From Corallochytrium limacisporum Hawaii (lineage: Eukaryota > Protista > Pluriformea), in the NCBI GenBank assembly GCA_002811645.1, contig PDIP01000074.1, forward strand, positions 1 through 46,457: 46,457 nucleotides of DNA, read 5' to 3'. Below are positions 21,090-31,982 of the stretch, piece by piece (positions within the stretch are counted from its first letter, which is position 1; every line of letters begins with the position of its first letter). Below the pieces are notes generated by a model. That model saw only the letters and a program-made list of their open reading frames with translations, did no database searches and had not been told where the DNA came from. Both the position numbers and the translations under genes were made by a program.

Positions 21090-24000
21090 CTTTTTACGCT
21101 TTGAAAAGCAGCTGGAGCATTGAGGTTCACCGTTTTCTTTGACAAGTTGCTTGCGGTGCCTTGATTTGCTACCGGACTGTGAGTAAGACCCAAAGTTTTG
21201 CTGAGCTAAGTCTGAGATTCGTTGTCGACCATCATGGAAGACAATTTTTTCTATGTGCTCCCCTGACGGTGGAAGCAAAACGACATGAGTTCCGCAATGT
21301 CAGTTCCTTCATGTTCGCCGTTGCTGGGACAAGATATTTGCCTGTGCTTACAGTTGTTTCTGCGATCTGTTACATCATAATTCTCGCTTTCTAATCACTT
21401 CGGTTTTCAATCAGTGTCCCCAGCAGATCACACAGCAGAGACATCAAGAATAGCACGGCATCTTGTCTTGCAGCCTCGAGTACAATCACTCCATCTCGTA
21501 TGTTACTCAGCTGAGATAACTCTCTTCGTGACCTTTGCCCAATTCCACTTTGTTGAAAGAGTGTCGTTCACTCTAGGACCAGTCAACCACTTGGGGCCAT
21601 TTCTTGTATTAATAGAAATAGAAATACTAGAAACCAGTTTCCTGAGTCCCCTTTTGCAACACCCACCCCCGGGAGACCCGTGGTTCCTCGATCCCCAAAA
21701 TCTCCGCGGTGACCAGTCCGAGACGGGAAGCGAGAGAAGCCTAGGACCTGAGTGAAATCCATTAAAACCTGGCAGAGGGATAGACAAAATTCACGTGGTT
21801 CCGCAAACAGCCCGCGCAAGAATCCCCTCTCTATGGACCAGCAGAAAAAGGCAAGGTCGATTGCCGATGACATTTTGCTATACTTTCACTATGGAAAAGA
21901 CAAAGTGTGCTCTGACTGTGCACGACCGTAAAATGTACATTCCGCCGTAGCCATCTCGCACAACTCCAGGGCGCGCGGGTCGATGATCTCTCAGTGTACA
22001 TGCGAGGATGCTTATGGTGATGATCATGATGGTCTTAACGCTACTACTAAACAAATTGTTTTGATAACGTATCAGTACCCTCTCATATCCATTAGCACCT
22101 AACAGAAGTAAGAGTTTGTTGATGAGGGATGTATTACACAACACATACGCTGTCACGCTCCACAGGGATGGCGTGTTCGGTCCGGACGAGCTCTTTGGAA
22201 CTAACAGAGAACATCATTCGTGATGATTGTGATTCTTTACGTCAATAATAAAACCACCAGCAATCATGCCGGCCCCTTGGTTGGTCATGACGAAGAGAGC
22301 ACGCATGTTTAATACTTCATCCCCGCAGCTTTCTAAAGCACTGCGAGGAGGCCCGTCAGATTCACAGCCTGCTACTCCTTTTTGTCTGATGGCTCACTCT
22401 ATGGCCGGTGCGAGATTCTCAGCATCCACAAAAAGGGTGAGTTGTGGTGAACTTTGCAGGAGGGGGGCCAAACTTTAGAAGGGGCCAGAGAGTCACGGGG
22501 TGTTGACCATGCCTTGTCCTGCAGAGCCTGCCTCAACCCCCCCCCCCAACCCCACGGTGTGGTGTCTTCAGTAGAGATCCGGACCGAAATTTTGACACGG
22601 ATCTGGTATTCGATCACAGATGTCGATTTGTCCGCTTCCAAACGATGAAATACTTCTTGAGGTCGGAGATTAGACACTTTCCTCGCGTGGTCTACGTTTC
22701 TGACCTACAGGGTCCGCCAAGATACACCCTGCGCCTCCTCCCCCAACCCTCCAACACTCCCCATCAAGGTTTTGTGTTCTGGCTCGCCCAAAATCGTAGC
22801 AGTGAGAGGCGTACGGACCGCGCGGGGGTATTTTTAGACATATGTTTAGTACTGAACGAACAGACTGTTTTTCTTTCTTGCGCTTTTTTATCGATGAGGG
22901 GCTTTGGGGCGGGCATAACTAACCCACCCCTCCCGCTTACACATCACACTGTCGACACCATTTTGTGTGTAGGACTGCTTGCAGGTCTGTTATCCGTCAG
23001 TTATCCTTCAATTGTCCCTCATTGTCCGACGTTCCCAAACCAGCGTACAACCAGAGACACAACTGGTAGTGTACAACGCAACGCAACGCCACAACATCAA
23101 CACGCCCACTGACATTTGCGCGTACACGTATGCAGACACACTTAGTCACCTCAGCACCACTGCTTTGTTGGTAGCATGCCGAGTGCGGCACTGACTTGGG
23201 TGCTGGTGATCCGTGGTACGAAAGACAGTGGAGAACCATCTCCCGCCAGCGCTATGAATGCTGTACTATTGATAGGTGGGTAATCTTGGCCAGATTCCCC
23301 GACAAAACGCGCTACATGTTTGATGTCCATCTCATAATAACTCCCTTGCGGGCCTCACGTCAGTTTGCGCTCCTTCTTGCGTGGAGAATTGGGAACGCAC
23401 CATGCACAGTCGCACTAACAATCTCGCCTGTGCATCTCTCCCATCTTTCGTCCCTACACCGAGATCAGTGCCTAATTCTGCACTCGCTCCCCCTTTTCCT
23501 GTGATCAGAAAGATCAACCGCTATCAAAATCCTCCTCTGTGGTCACGACCGGTCTGATTTACTATAGCCGAAGTACTGGTTTTCGGGGAGCCGAAAGGCC
23601 TCAAAGGACCCGATCAAGTTTAGAACGATTTCGTTTCCTCCTTTCGCAGCCAAAGAAGAAGGAAAAGTAAAAACTCGAACCCCCACCTCGGGGGACCCCC
23701 GGGGGGGGGGCAGCGACGGGAACTGGGAAAAAAAGCCATTCGTGGAGGGCTGCGACAAACGCGGGAAGGGAGGGGGCCCAAGTATATCGTGCGCTGCATT
23801 TCCACGCTCCCCTTCCCTCGCCCACCAACAACCCCCCCCCCCCAAAAAAAAAATATCAACTAAAACTGTCTCATATGTTCAGAACAGGCCTTGGTCCATG
23901 GGAGAGGTTCACAGGCGCTTGGATGCGCTGGGAAAGCGTCGCGCAGCCACAGCAGCAGCAGCCCTTCCTCCCAAGCCTCCCCCTCGCGGGGACCGGGGGA

Positions 24001-24714
24001 ACGTTCTACCCAATTTTCTTAGTTGACACGTACCGTTCTATTGGCTTGTCACGGTGTAGTATTCGGCCGTTGAGGTTCCTATTCATCACCACAAAGCCAT
24101 CCTGCAAAAGAAGAACAGTGCACGCGGAGAAGTTATGATTTCCTTCCTCTTTTTGGCCAAAACTTGAGACAGCCATCCGCCCTTCGGGCGCTGACACAGA
24201 CACAGGACAGGAAGCGCGCGTTTTCCAGTACCACCTTTATGCTGCGGTGTTTCACTTCGAGCTGACTGTCCCATTGCACTCGGCGTGTGTGTGTTCGGAT
24301 TGGCATGTTGACCAATTTCTCTTTGGTCTTTTGGTGAGTGCAGCAAAGAAAACGAAAAAGCGTGTGATTACGGCACCGGCTGGCAAATAGGAAAACAGAG
24401 AGACACTGAGCAAGCGCAACAGGACGGGCGGCGGGCCACGATATCAAGTGCTGGCGCACTCGCGGGCACTCGCGAAGCAATGTGACTCTAGTCGAAAACA
24501 GTGCTATCGACTCTTGACTGTCTGTCGGACACATCGGTGCAGTTGGCACAGCTCAGGGGGAATCAGATCAATCGCGGTTGGTTCATGGATCGAAGAGGCT
24601 ATGACAAGACGATAAGGTGACGTCATAGGAAGTCGACCACCACAAAACACAACAGCAATCAGCTCGCACAAACCAGTCGCTAGTTCATTCACCCAGTCTC
24701 TTACACCAACAAGC

Positions 24715-25602
24715 ATGGAACAGTTTGCCACTGGTGCTCTTGCGGGGATGTCCGCCACCTGCGTCATCCAGCCCATCGATCTGGTCAAGACCCGGTTGCA
24801 GATCCAAAAGTCTCTTGGTGGTGAGATGCGGGGGCCCATCCAGACCTTTGTCGGTGTGATTAGGGAAGAAGGGTTCCTTGGTCTGTACTCCGGCCTTAGC
24901 GCTGCTCTGTTCCGCCAGCTTACGTATACGGGTACTCGTCTCGGTATCTTCACCTTCGGTATGGACAAACTCACCGCCAAGATGGGTGCTGACAACATCC
25001 AGTTCTATCACCGCGCCGGGCTTGGTCTGTTCGCCGGTGCCTGCGGAGCCATTGCTGGAAACCCTGCCGAGGTCGCTCTGGTGCGCATGACCGCCGATGG
25101 TCGCCTGCCGCCCGCTGAGCGCCGTAACTACAAGTCCGTTTTTGATGCCTTGATTCGTGTCGTAAGGGAGGAGGGTGTCCTGCGGCTGTGGCGTGGTGTG
25201 TCTCCCACCGTGGCCCGTGCTATGCTTCTGAACGCCGCCCAGCTTGCCACCTATTCACAAGCTAAGGCTATGCTCCAGCGCAAATTTAGCTTCCCCGAGG
25301 GTGTTCCCCTGCATCTGACTGCTTCCACCATGTCCGGCCTGTGCGCTTCCTTTGTATCCTTGCCCGCAGACATCGTCAAGACACGCGTCCAGAATGCCCG
25401 TGTCATCGACGGCAAGCCAGAATACTCCGGCAATGTCGACGCCGCCATGAAGATGATCCGCAAAGAAGGTTTCTTCTCCCTGTGGACCGGTTTCCCCACC
25501 TTCTTCGTACGTATCGGTGGTCACACCATCCTCACGTTCCTGTTCCTTGAACAGATTCGCGGATTCGTTAAAGCTCAGAAGGAGAAGGCCGCATCCAAGT
25601 AA
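24715..25602 (+). CDS. SLC25A11: Mitochondrial 2-oxoglutarate/malate carrier
   Basis: Three carrier signatures (PIDLVKTRLQ, PAEVALVRMT, PADIVKTRVQ), LYSGLSAALFRQLTYTGTRLG and DGRLPPAERRNYK. Confidence 0.92.
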   Translation: MEQFATGALAGMSATCVIQPIDLVKTRLQIQKSLGGEMRGPIQTFVGVIREEGFLGLYSGLSAALFRQLTYTGTRLGIFTFGMDKLTAKMGADNIQFYHRAGLGLFAGACGAIAGNPAEVALVRMTADGRLPPAERRNYKSVFDALIRVVREEGVLRLWRGVSPTVARAMLLNAAQLATYSQAKAMLQRKFSFPEGVPLHLTASTMSGLCASFVSLPADIVKTRVQNARVIDGKPEYSGNVDAAMKMIRKEGFFSLWTGFPTFFVRIGGHTILTFLFLEQIRGFVKAQKEKAASK

Positions 25603-26474
25603 ATGATATCTAAACTTCACCAGGGTCTGCTTTGGAAAGGAGACACCTCTTCCATCCATGAAGACGGTCCTCTTTGTGAAAGAGAGCCACGACCACCCGG
25701 AATTGATACTAACTAGGTTCCTTTAGTGCATATGTTTCGGGTTTCCATCGCATCCCCACAGAGGGGCAGACCATCGGGGAGGGTTGTGGAGGTACCCACG
25801 AAAGCCATCTGAGCAATACAAGCTGGCTCTACTGCTGCAACACAAGTACCCCAGGCTTAGTCCGTGCAGCGTTGCCACTCAGGGCATAATCCACGACAAA
25901 CCATCTCACCGCAAGCAACACATTCCCGCACCTTTCACCTCCTTTCCTTCCTTTCATGCACATCCATCATCATGGAAAAAAAAACTATGTGCCCATCGTA
26001 AGACAGTGTGCTTGTGAGGAGCAGTGGATGAGGCCGCCGGTAATAGCAGCAGGGGCATATCCCACGGGAAATGGAGCACTCCATGAACCAACCAGCGCGG
26101 ATTCAACCAGACACCTTCAGAACTGTGTACAATCATCCATTGGGAAATCAGTTGTCTATGCTACACAAACGGAAAAACATTTCGATGCATCCTGATTGTT
26201 CACGTCACCATGTTCATCACCACCAACACATCCACTTTATCACTGTTTTCCACTTTCTAAAAGCATTTCGTTCCTACCAGCCTTAGACACATCTTCCTTT
26301 CGAATGCCAACTAGTTCTGTCAACTTTGATTTTACGAGTACCCAGTTCAAGCCACAAGCAATTGGGAAGCTACTGCGTCAACCTTGATGGGGAATTTGTT
26401 TATAGGTAGTGCTATTGAGAATGGGTCCTATCGGACTAAAACGAAAAAAATCATGGGAGAAGATGTGCAGAAAC

Positions 26475-27671
26475 TTAGAGTCTCAGGTTCTCCAGGATGA
26501 TGGCAGAAGCGCCACCGCCGCCGTTGCAGATCGCAGCGCAGCCGAACTTTTCGCCCCGCTGCATCATGGCGTGCGCTAGAGTGCCGGTGATGCGGCAGCC
26601 CGAGCTACCGATGGGATGACCCAAAGATACAGCGCCACCGTTCACGTTTACCTTGCTGGCATCCAGGCCCAGCAACTTCAAGTTAGCCAGAGCGACCACA
26701 CTGAAAGCCTCGTTAAACTCCCACAGGCCAATATCCTCCTTCTTCAGGTTGAAGGTGGTCAGAGCCTTCTCGACGGCCAGAGCAGGGGCAGTGGGGAAGT
26801 CAATGGGGGCCTTCTCGGCGTTGCCATAGCCAATTATACGGGCAATCGGCTTCACGCCCATGGCATCGGCCTTCTCCCTACTCATCAGTACCATGGCACT
26901 GGCACCGTCGTTGATAGGGGAGGCGTTACCAGCAGTCACGGTACCATTCTTCTTGAAGACGGACTTGAGGCTACGGAACTTCTCCTTGTTCAGGTGCTTG
27001 TATTCCTCATCCTCATCAACGACAACTTCCTTGCCGCGCTTCTCAACGATAACCGGAACGACCTCTTCCTTGAACTTGCCCTCAGCCCAGGCCTTTTCGG
27101 CACGCTCATAGCTCATCAGAGCGTAGTCGTCCTGCTGCTCACGGGTGAATCCCATGACTTCGGCGGTGTTCTCGCCGCAAATACCCATGTGATACTGGCC
27201 GTAGACATCGGTCAGACCGTCCTTGAGGATACCGTCCACAATTCCAGTGCCACCGAGACGGAAGCCATCACGACCGTGCTCCATGTAATGAGGTACCAGG
27301 CTCATGTTCTCCATGCCACCGGACACGACAATGTCAAAGTTACCGAGGGCAATGTCCTGGGCACCGTAGATGATGGACTGCATACCGGAAGAGCAGACCT
27401 TATTGACGGTAATGCAGACAGTGGAATCCTCACATCCGGCGCCCTTAGCCGCCTGACGAGCAGGAGCCTGGCCCATGCCAGCGCTGATCACGTTACCCAT
27501 CACAACCTGCTGTACATCCTTGGGTTCAATGCCAGCCTTCTTGAGGGCACCGGTGATAGCAGCAGCACCGAGGTGAGGAGCGGGCACGCTGCTCAGGCTC
27601 TTCAAAAAGGAGCCGACGGGGGTGCGGGCAGCACTGGCGATAACCACTTCGCGGAGTCCGTGTAGAGCCAT
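26475..27671 (-). CDS. ACAT1: Acetyl-CoA acetyltransferase (biosynthetic thiolase, ACAT1/T2-like)
   Basis: NKVCSSG catalytic Cys, DGLTDVY..HMG.CGENTA, NEAF, GHPIG, ICNGGGG. First in-frame ATG is 27671; the frame stays open 28 codons further upstream. Confidence 0.93.
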   Translation of the reverse strand: MALHGLREVVIASAARTPVGSFLKSLSSVPAPHLGAAAITGALKKAGIEPKDVQQVVMGNVISAGMGQAPARQAAKGAGCEDSTVCITVNKVCSSGMQSIIYGAQDIALGNFDIVVSGGMENMSLVPHYMEHGRDGFRLGGTGIVDGILKDGLTDVYGQYHMGICGENTAEVMGFTREQQDDYALMSYERAEKAWAEGKFKEEVVPVIVEKRGKEVVVDEDEEYKHLNKEKFRSLKSVFKKNGTVTAGNASPINDGASAMVLMSREKADAMGVKPIARIIGYGNAEKAPIDFPTAPALAVEKALTTFNLKKEDIGLWEFNEAFSVVALANLKLLGLDASKVNVNGGAVSLGHPIGSSGCRITGTLAHAMMQRGEKFGCAAICNGGGGASAIILENLRL

Positions 27672-30119
27672 ATTGATTTCTGTTGGTTGTGCTTTCTTTG
27701 GAAATCCTATGAGGCAATTCCGTAAACGTAGCAATGTGCTCGCCAACAGCCCACTTTACGCAAGCGGTTAGTGTCCAAGTACCTTTCGATCGATCCCAAC
27801 TGCACAAAAGCGCTTTCTTGCTTTCTCATTAGAACAACCTGTTCTGTCGTGCGTGGACAGCATGTTCCCTACGTGACCTTCTTCCAGAAGAAACTCTTGC
27901 ACAGAGCGCGCCCCCACACAAACAACACAAGGGATACACCGGGCCATCTGATCCGACCATACAGTGCACAACCCGACGCACAACGAAATTGAAATGAAAT
28001 TGTGCAGAGAGTTTCACAATAAACGGCCCGCAGATACGACTGATGTCGAGGTGTTCTCGCCCTCCTGGTGTCGGGTCGGTGTGCCCCACCCACTCCCTGT
28101 GTGCCACTCCGAAGGGACATCTTAAAATGCCCCGTGGGACCCTCCCAAAATCGGTTCCGGGACTGGTACTGCTCCCATACTGAGTGAACACGAATACGTT
28201 GAACACTCTCGAGAAAACGAAGCGCACGAATTCTCAACTGCGCAATCGCCGTGCCCTCCGGCACCAACCAACGAAAATTCGTAAGCGAGTGGAAAATTTC
28301 ACGTTCGCCGCAACAATTAATTTTTTTTTTTTCATTCTTTCGAAGCGGTGTCGGTTACGGTTCTGGGGGGGGTTGGGGGGTGGGGTTTAGAGAGATCTTT
28401 GCCGCCTTCACCAAAAACTCTTACGTGTCCTTCGAAATCCCTCAAAATGGCTTACGATGGGGTCAGTTCTGTACCATCAAAATGTCGCCCTTCCATCAGA
28501 AGGTTTTCAGTCGTGCCATGCGACTTGGTTCGAAAGCCTTCTCAGCCCCCATTCGCACGGCACAGCTTATTCTCAAGTGTGCACGGCACTAAAGGATGGC
28601 ATTGTCGACGTTTCAAACACCATTGCGCCGTGCACTTACAGTGCACTTACACAGAGACAGACGCGTACCAACAACGGTCCATACAGCCATCCCGCTACCC
28701 GTTCGATACGCCAACACTGCGGATAATCTTTCTCTCCAATCGTCCTCCATTCGGCACCCTACCATCACAACTGGCGTGCGCACTACAGTACTTTTATTAT
28801 GGTGACAGACAGCTACATTTCTGCAGTACTACTAGTTCAACTGTGCGAGTCTCCAGTAGGTTTGGACTGATGGTGGGGCTCCCGACACGCCTGACCTGGG
28901 TGCCTTGCGCCGGCCGTTTGTTGGCCGGCCATTATTTCCTCCGACCCCTGACTCATCGTCGTACAGGGAAAGCAACAGCGTGAAAACCGGTGCAACGGTC
29001 GTGACTGTGGGAACAGGGGAGACTTTTGCAGCGGAGTCCAGAAATGCGCGTTCAAAAACACTTACTAACTCAGACCAACAGGCCCATATCCAGCAGCTTT
29101 TCTTCCCGAATCCTAACACTGCGTCCTGCGAGATGGAGCGGAGGGCAACTCTTTCAATAAAAAAGTTCCCGTTCCATAGTGTCCAGGCGTGTCTGCGTCT
29201 ACGCTGCAAACTACAGCAACAATTTCTCACGGGGGCCCCGTTGAGCATGGAGGGTTGGGCCCACGACACCGGCGCAAATAGATTTCGCTTCAACAACTAG
29301 ACCTCTCAGTGCGTGGGCCAAGTTGCTGAGCTTTGCGTGCCGTACGCGTGTGGGATCTCGAGACGAACTATTGTGACTAGGTCCAACCGGGCCGGCTATG
29401 TGCTTGTGGACGTCAGTTTCCGGAGGTGTCATCTGATGGTCCCTTGCACTGTGTGGTTTCCCTTTGGGCGGTTTGAATTCCGGACACGAGAGCCAAATTT
29501 ACAGAATTTTCAGAATCGGTACATTTACTATGAAATAAGGGGGGGCCTATGGCAAATAAATGATTGCAATATTTCTTAAGTTTTTGAATATATTCCATAG
29601 TGGTATGCTGGAAGACAGGCCAGTCAGTTACGGAGGGTTTGGAGTCGCCGGCCGAGGCGCAAATGGAGGTTCCTTAATATCTTGCCTCATTCGAACGTCG
29701 ACATCCGAATTGTTGGGACAGTACGATATCGGTGTGGCCCCTCTCACGGTTTTCGAGGGGAGCAGTGGCCGCGAATGAGCTGAAGCCTATCCTATGTGTA
29801 CTAGCGTGGTGGGAGCGCGAGAGCATTTGCGTTGGTGTGCTCAAAATCCTCCGGCGGTTATTTTCGTCTTAGAAGCGAAATAAAAAAAAGAGGGGAGGGG
29901 GAAGATTTGGAGGTTGACCAGATATTGCGGTTAGGTTTAGCAATGTTCTGAGTGCGGGAGCTGTGGATGGTAGTATATGCTATGTAGTATTTCAATTTTA
30001 AGTTAGGTGTTAAGTGCACCATCCCTGTGTGCATATTCTACTGCTTGTTGGCCAGGGATATAAGCCCTACTGAAGCGGGATCGCTTGTGGTCACATTGGC
30101 GATTGCCGTCATTGGGAAC

Positions 30120-31982
30120 CTAAGACTTATCCCTACTAGACGATGAAGACGCGTTGTCAGTGACCGAATCCTGCTTCGCTAAGTCATTGCCCTCGACGCT
30201 TGATTCCGCGCCAGTCGAATTATTCTGAACGGTTGACGCCACTGACGAGCCATTCATGCTAGCACAGCCATTATCCGCCTCGCTATTTGCTACGACACCT
30301 GTGTTCGACACCGTAGCTGAACTCCGGGTCAGCAGGGATTGCTGACCCTTAGTCTTGGCGTCCTCTTCCTGCTTCTCGTGCTTCTTTCGATGCCTGCTCA
30401 AGGTTGTAAGATCAGTGTAGGCCTTGCCACAGCCCTCGTATTGGCATTTGAAGGGACGCTCACCGGTATGAGTCCGTGCGTGCGATTTGAGCTGGGTCGA
30501 GGTCACGAAGCGCTTGCCGCAGCCTGCGTGTTCACAGTGGAAGGGCTTCTCTCCAATGTGGATACGTACATGACGCACTAGGTCGCCGGACGTGACGAAG
30601 GACTTGTTGCAGCCAGGATACTCACATTTGTGTGGCTTTTCGCCGGTATGGACACGCATATGCGTGATGAGATTGCTGGCCCCACTAAGACTCTTCTTGC
30701 AAACCTTACACACGTACGGTTTGATGCCTGTGTGGGAATGAATGTGGGCCGTCAGGCAATTCGAGTGCGCAAACCGCTTACCGCAGTTGTACGGGCACTT
30801 GTAAGGCTTCTCGCCTGTGTGACTGCGGATGTGAGCGGCCAAGATGGAAGCCTGGCTGAACCGCTGACCGCAATCACCATAGTTGCAGGCGTAGTTCTTG
30901 TTGCCGACATGTGTCTGGATATGACGCATAAGCTGCTGTCGAATATTGAACTTCTTCTTGGTCTTCTGACAACCTTCCCAGTGGCACACATAGTCACCAG
31001 GAACGACATGGTGGTCACGGATGTGATCACGCAGCTCTTGAACATTCTTAAATTCAGGACCAGAGCAACCGATCCATCCACAGAAAATTTGGGAGCTGTT
31101 TGCTGTCTTTTTTCGGCCTCCACCACCGACCGACGACATCGATGCATTACCGTTGGAAGCAGACCCACTACTGGACACATCTGGTCTTCTGTTAGCCGAA
31201 GGCTGCTGCTGCAGAGTGGGTCCCTGGGAATTGACGATCATAGGATTTCCACAGTTGACAACGTAGGCATCCTGGTCACTGGGAATGGCCCCGGTGGATA
31301 GTGGTTGTGGTTGCTGCTGACTCTGCTGATGGTGAGGCATGTAGGTCGCATTGCCTGCCGCGTTGTTTTGGTGGTGCAATGGATACTGGGCATTGACAAA
31401 GCTGATGATTTGGGGGTTGTTGCCATTGCCATCCTGTACACCGGGGAACTGTCCCTGTGGCATGTTTTGGCCATGCATGCTCATGTTAAGGATAGTAAAC
31501 CCAGGATGCATGATCAATCCACCAGGAGTATGGTAATACATTTGTTGACCTTGGTGGTGGTATTGTGTTGATGGGTTCTGTTGATGGTGTTGATGTGATT
31601 GGACAGCATGCTGCCCCATGGTCAACATCTGCTGCTGATACGGCTGTTGCTGAAATTGCTGTTGGAATGGGTTCATGTACAAACTATTTGAGTCACTGTT
31701 TCCACTACTTCCATACGTGTTTGGATGCATCACCTGGCCTGGTTGGGGCATGCCGTTGTATGATGGCATCATGTAGGTACCACCGGCAGTACTTTGCTCG
31801 CCCATTCCGTTCTCACCCTCTGTCACCTGTGGGCCAACTATTTGAGGTCCCCTTCCATTGCCTTGAGGATAAGTGGTGTACATGGGCTGCTCTGCTAGTG
31901 TCGGCTGGGTGAAGCTGGCCATGGCCTGAAGGTTGCCGTTCGACCCCTGCGGTGAGGTATCGAGACCAGTTTCACACGCCAT
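30120..31982 (-). CDS. C2H2 zinc-finger transcription factor, 8 fingers with tandem CWCH2 pair, Q/H/N-rich N-terminus
   Basis: CGWIGC and CHWEGC fingers followed by six more fingers, most joined by TGEKP-type linkers. Confidence 0.92.
   Translation of the reverse strand: MACETGLDTSPQGSNGNLQAMASFTQPTLAEQPMYTTYPQGNGRGPQIVGPQVTEGENGMGEQSTAGGTYMMPSYNGMPQPGQVMHPNTYGSSGNSDSNSLYMNPFQQQFQQQPYQQQMLTMGQHAVQSHQHHQQNPSTQYHHQGQQMYYHTPGGLIMHPGFTILNMSMHGQNMPQGQFPGVQDGNGNNPQIISFVNAQYPLHHQNNAAGNATYMPHHQQSQQQPQPLSTGAIPSDQDAYVVNCGNPMIVNSQGPTLQQQPSANRRPDVSSSGSASNGNASMSSVGGGGRKKTANSSQIFCGWIGCSGPEFKNVQELRDHIRDHHVVPGDYVCHWEGCQKTKKKFNIRQQLMRHIQTHVGNKNYACNYGDCGQRFSQASILAAHIRSHTGEKPYKCPYNCGKRFAHSNCLTAHIHSHTGIKPYVCKVCKKSLSGASNLITHMRVHTGEKPHKCEYPGCNKSFVTSGDLVRHVRIHIGEKPFHCEHAGCGKRFVTSTQLKSHARTHTGERPFKCQYEGCGKAYTDLTTLSRHRKKHEKQEEDAKTKGQQSLLTRSSATVSNTGVVANSEADNGCASMNGSSVASTVQNNSTGAESSVEGNDLAKQDSVTDNASSSSSRDKS

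Noticed and set aside
24334-24542. GTGAGT...TGCAG possible 5'-UTR intron of the carrier gene
   Set aside because: Good donor but weak branch point and acceptor; not distinguishable from chance.
26616-27665. 349-aa + strand ORF
   Set aside because: Antisense shadow of the codon-biased thiolase; no recognisable protein features.
28348-29300. Overlapping 130-210 aa ORFs upstream of thiolase
   Set aside because: Non-ATG starts and random-like composition on both strands.
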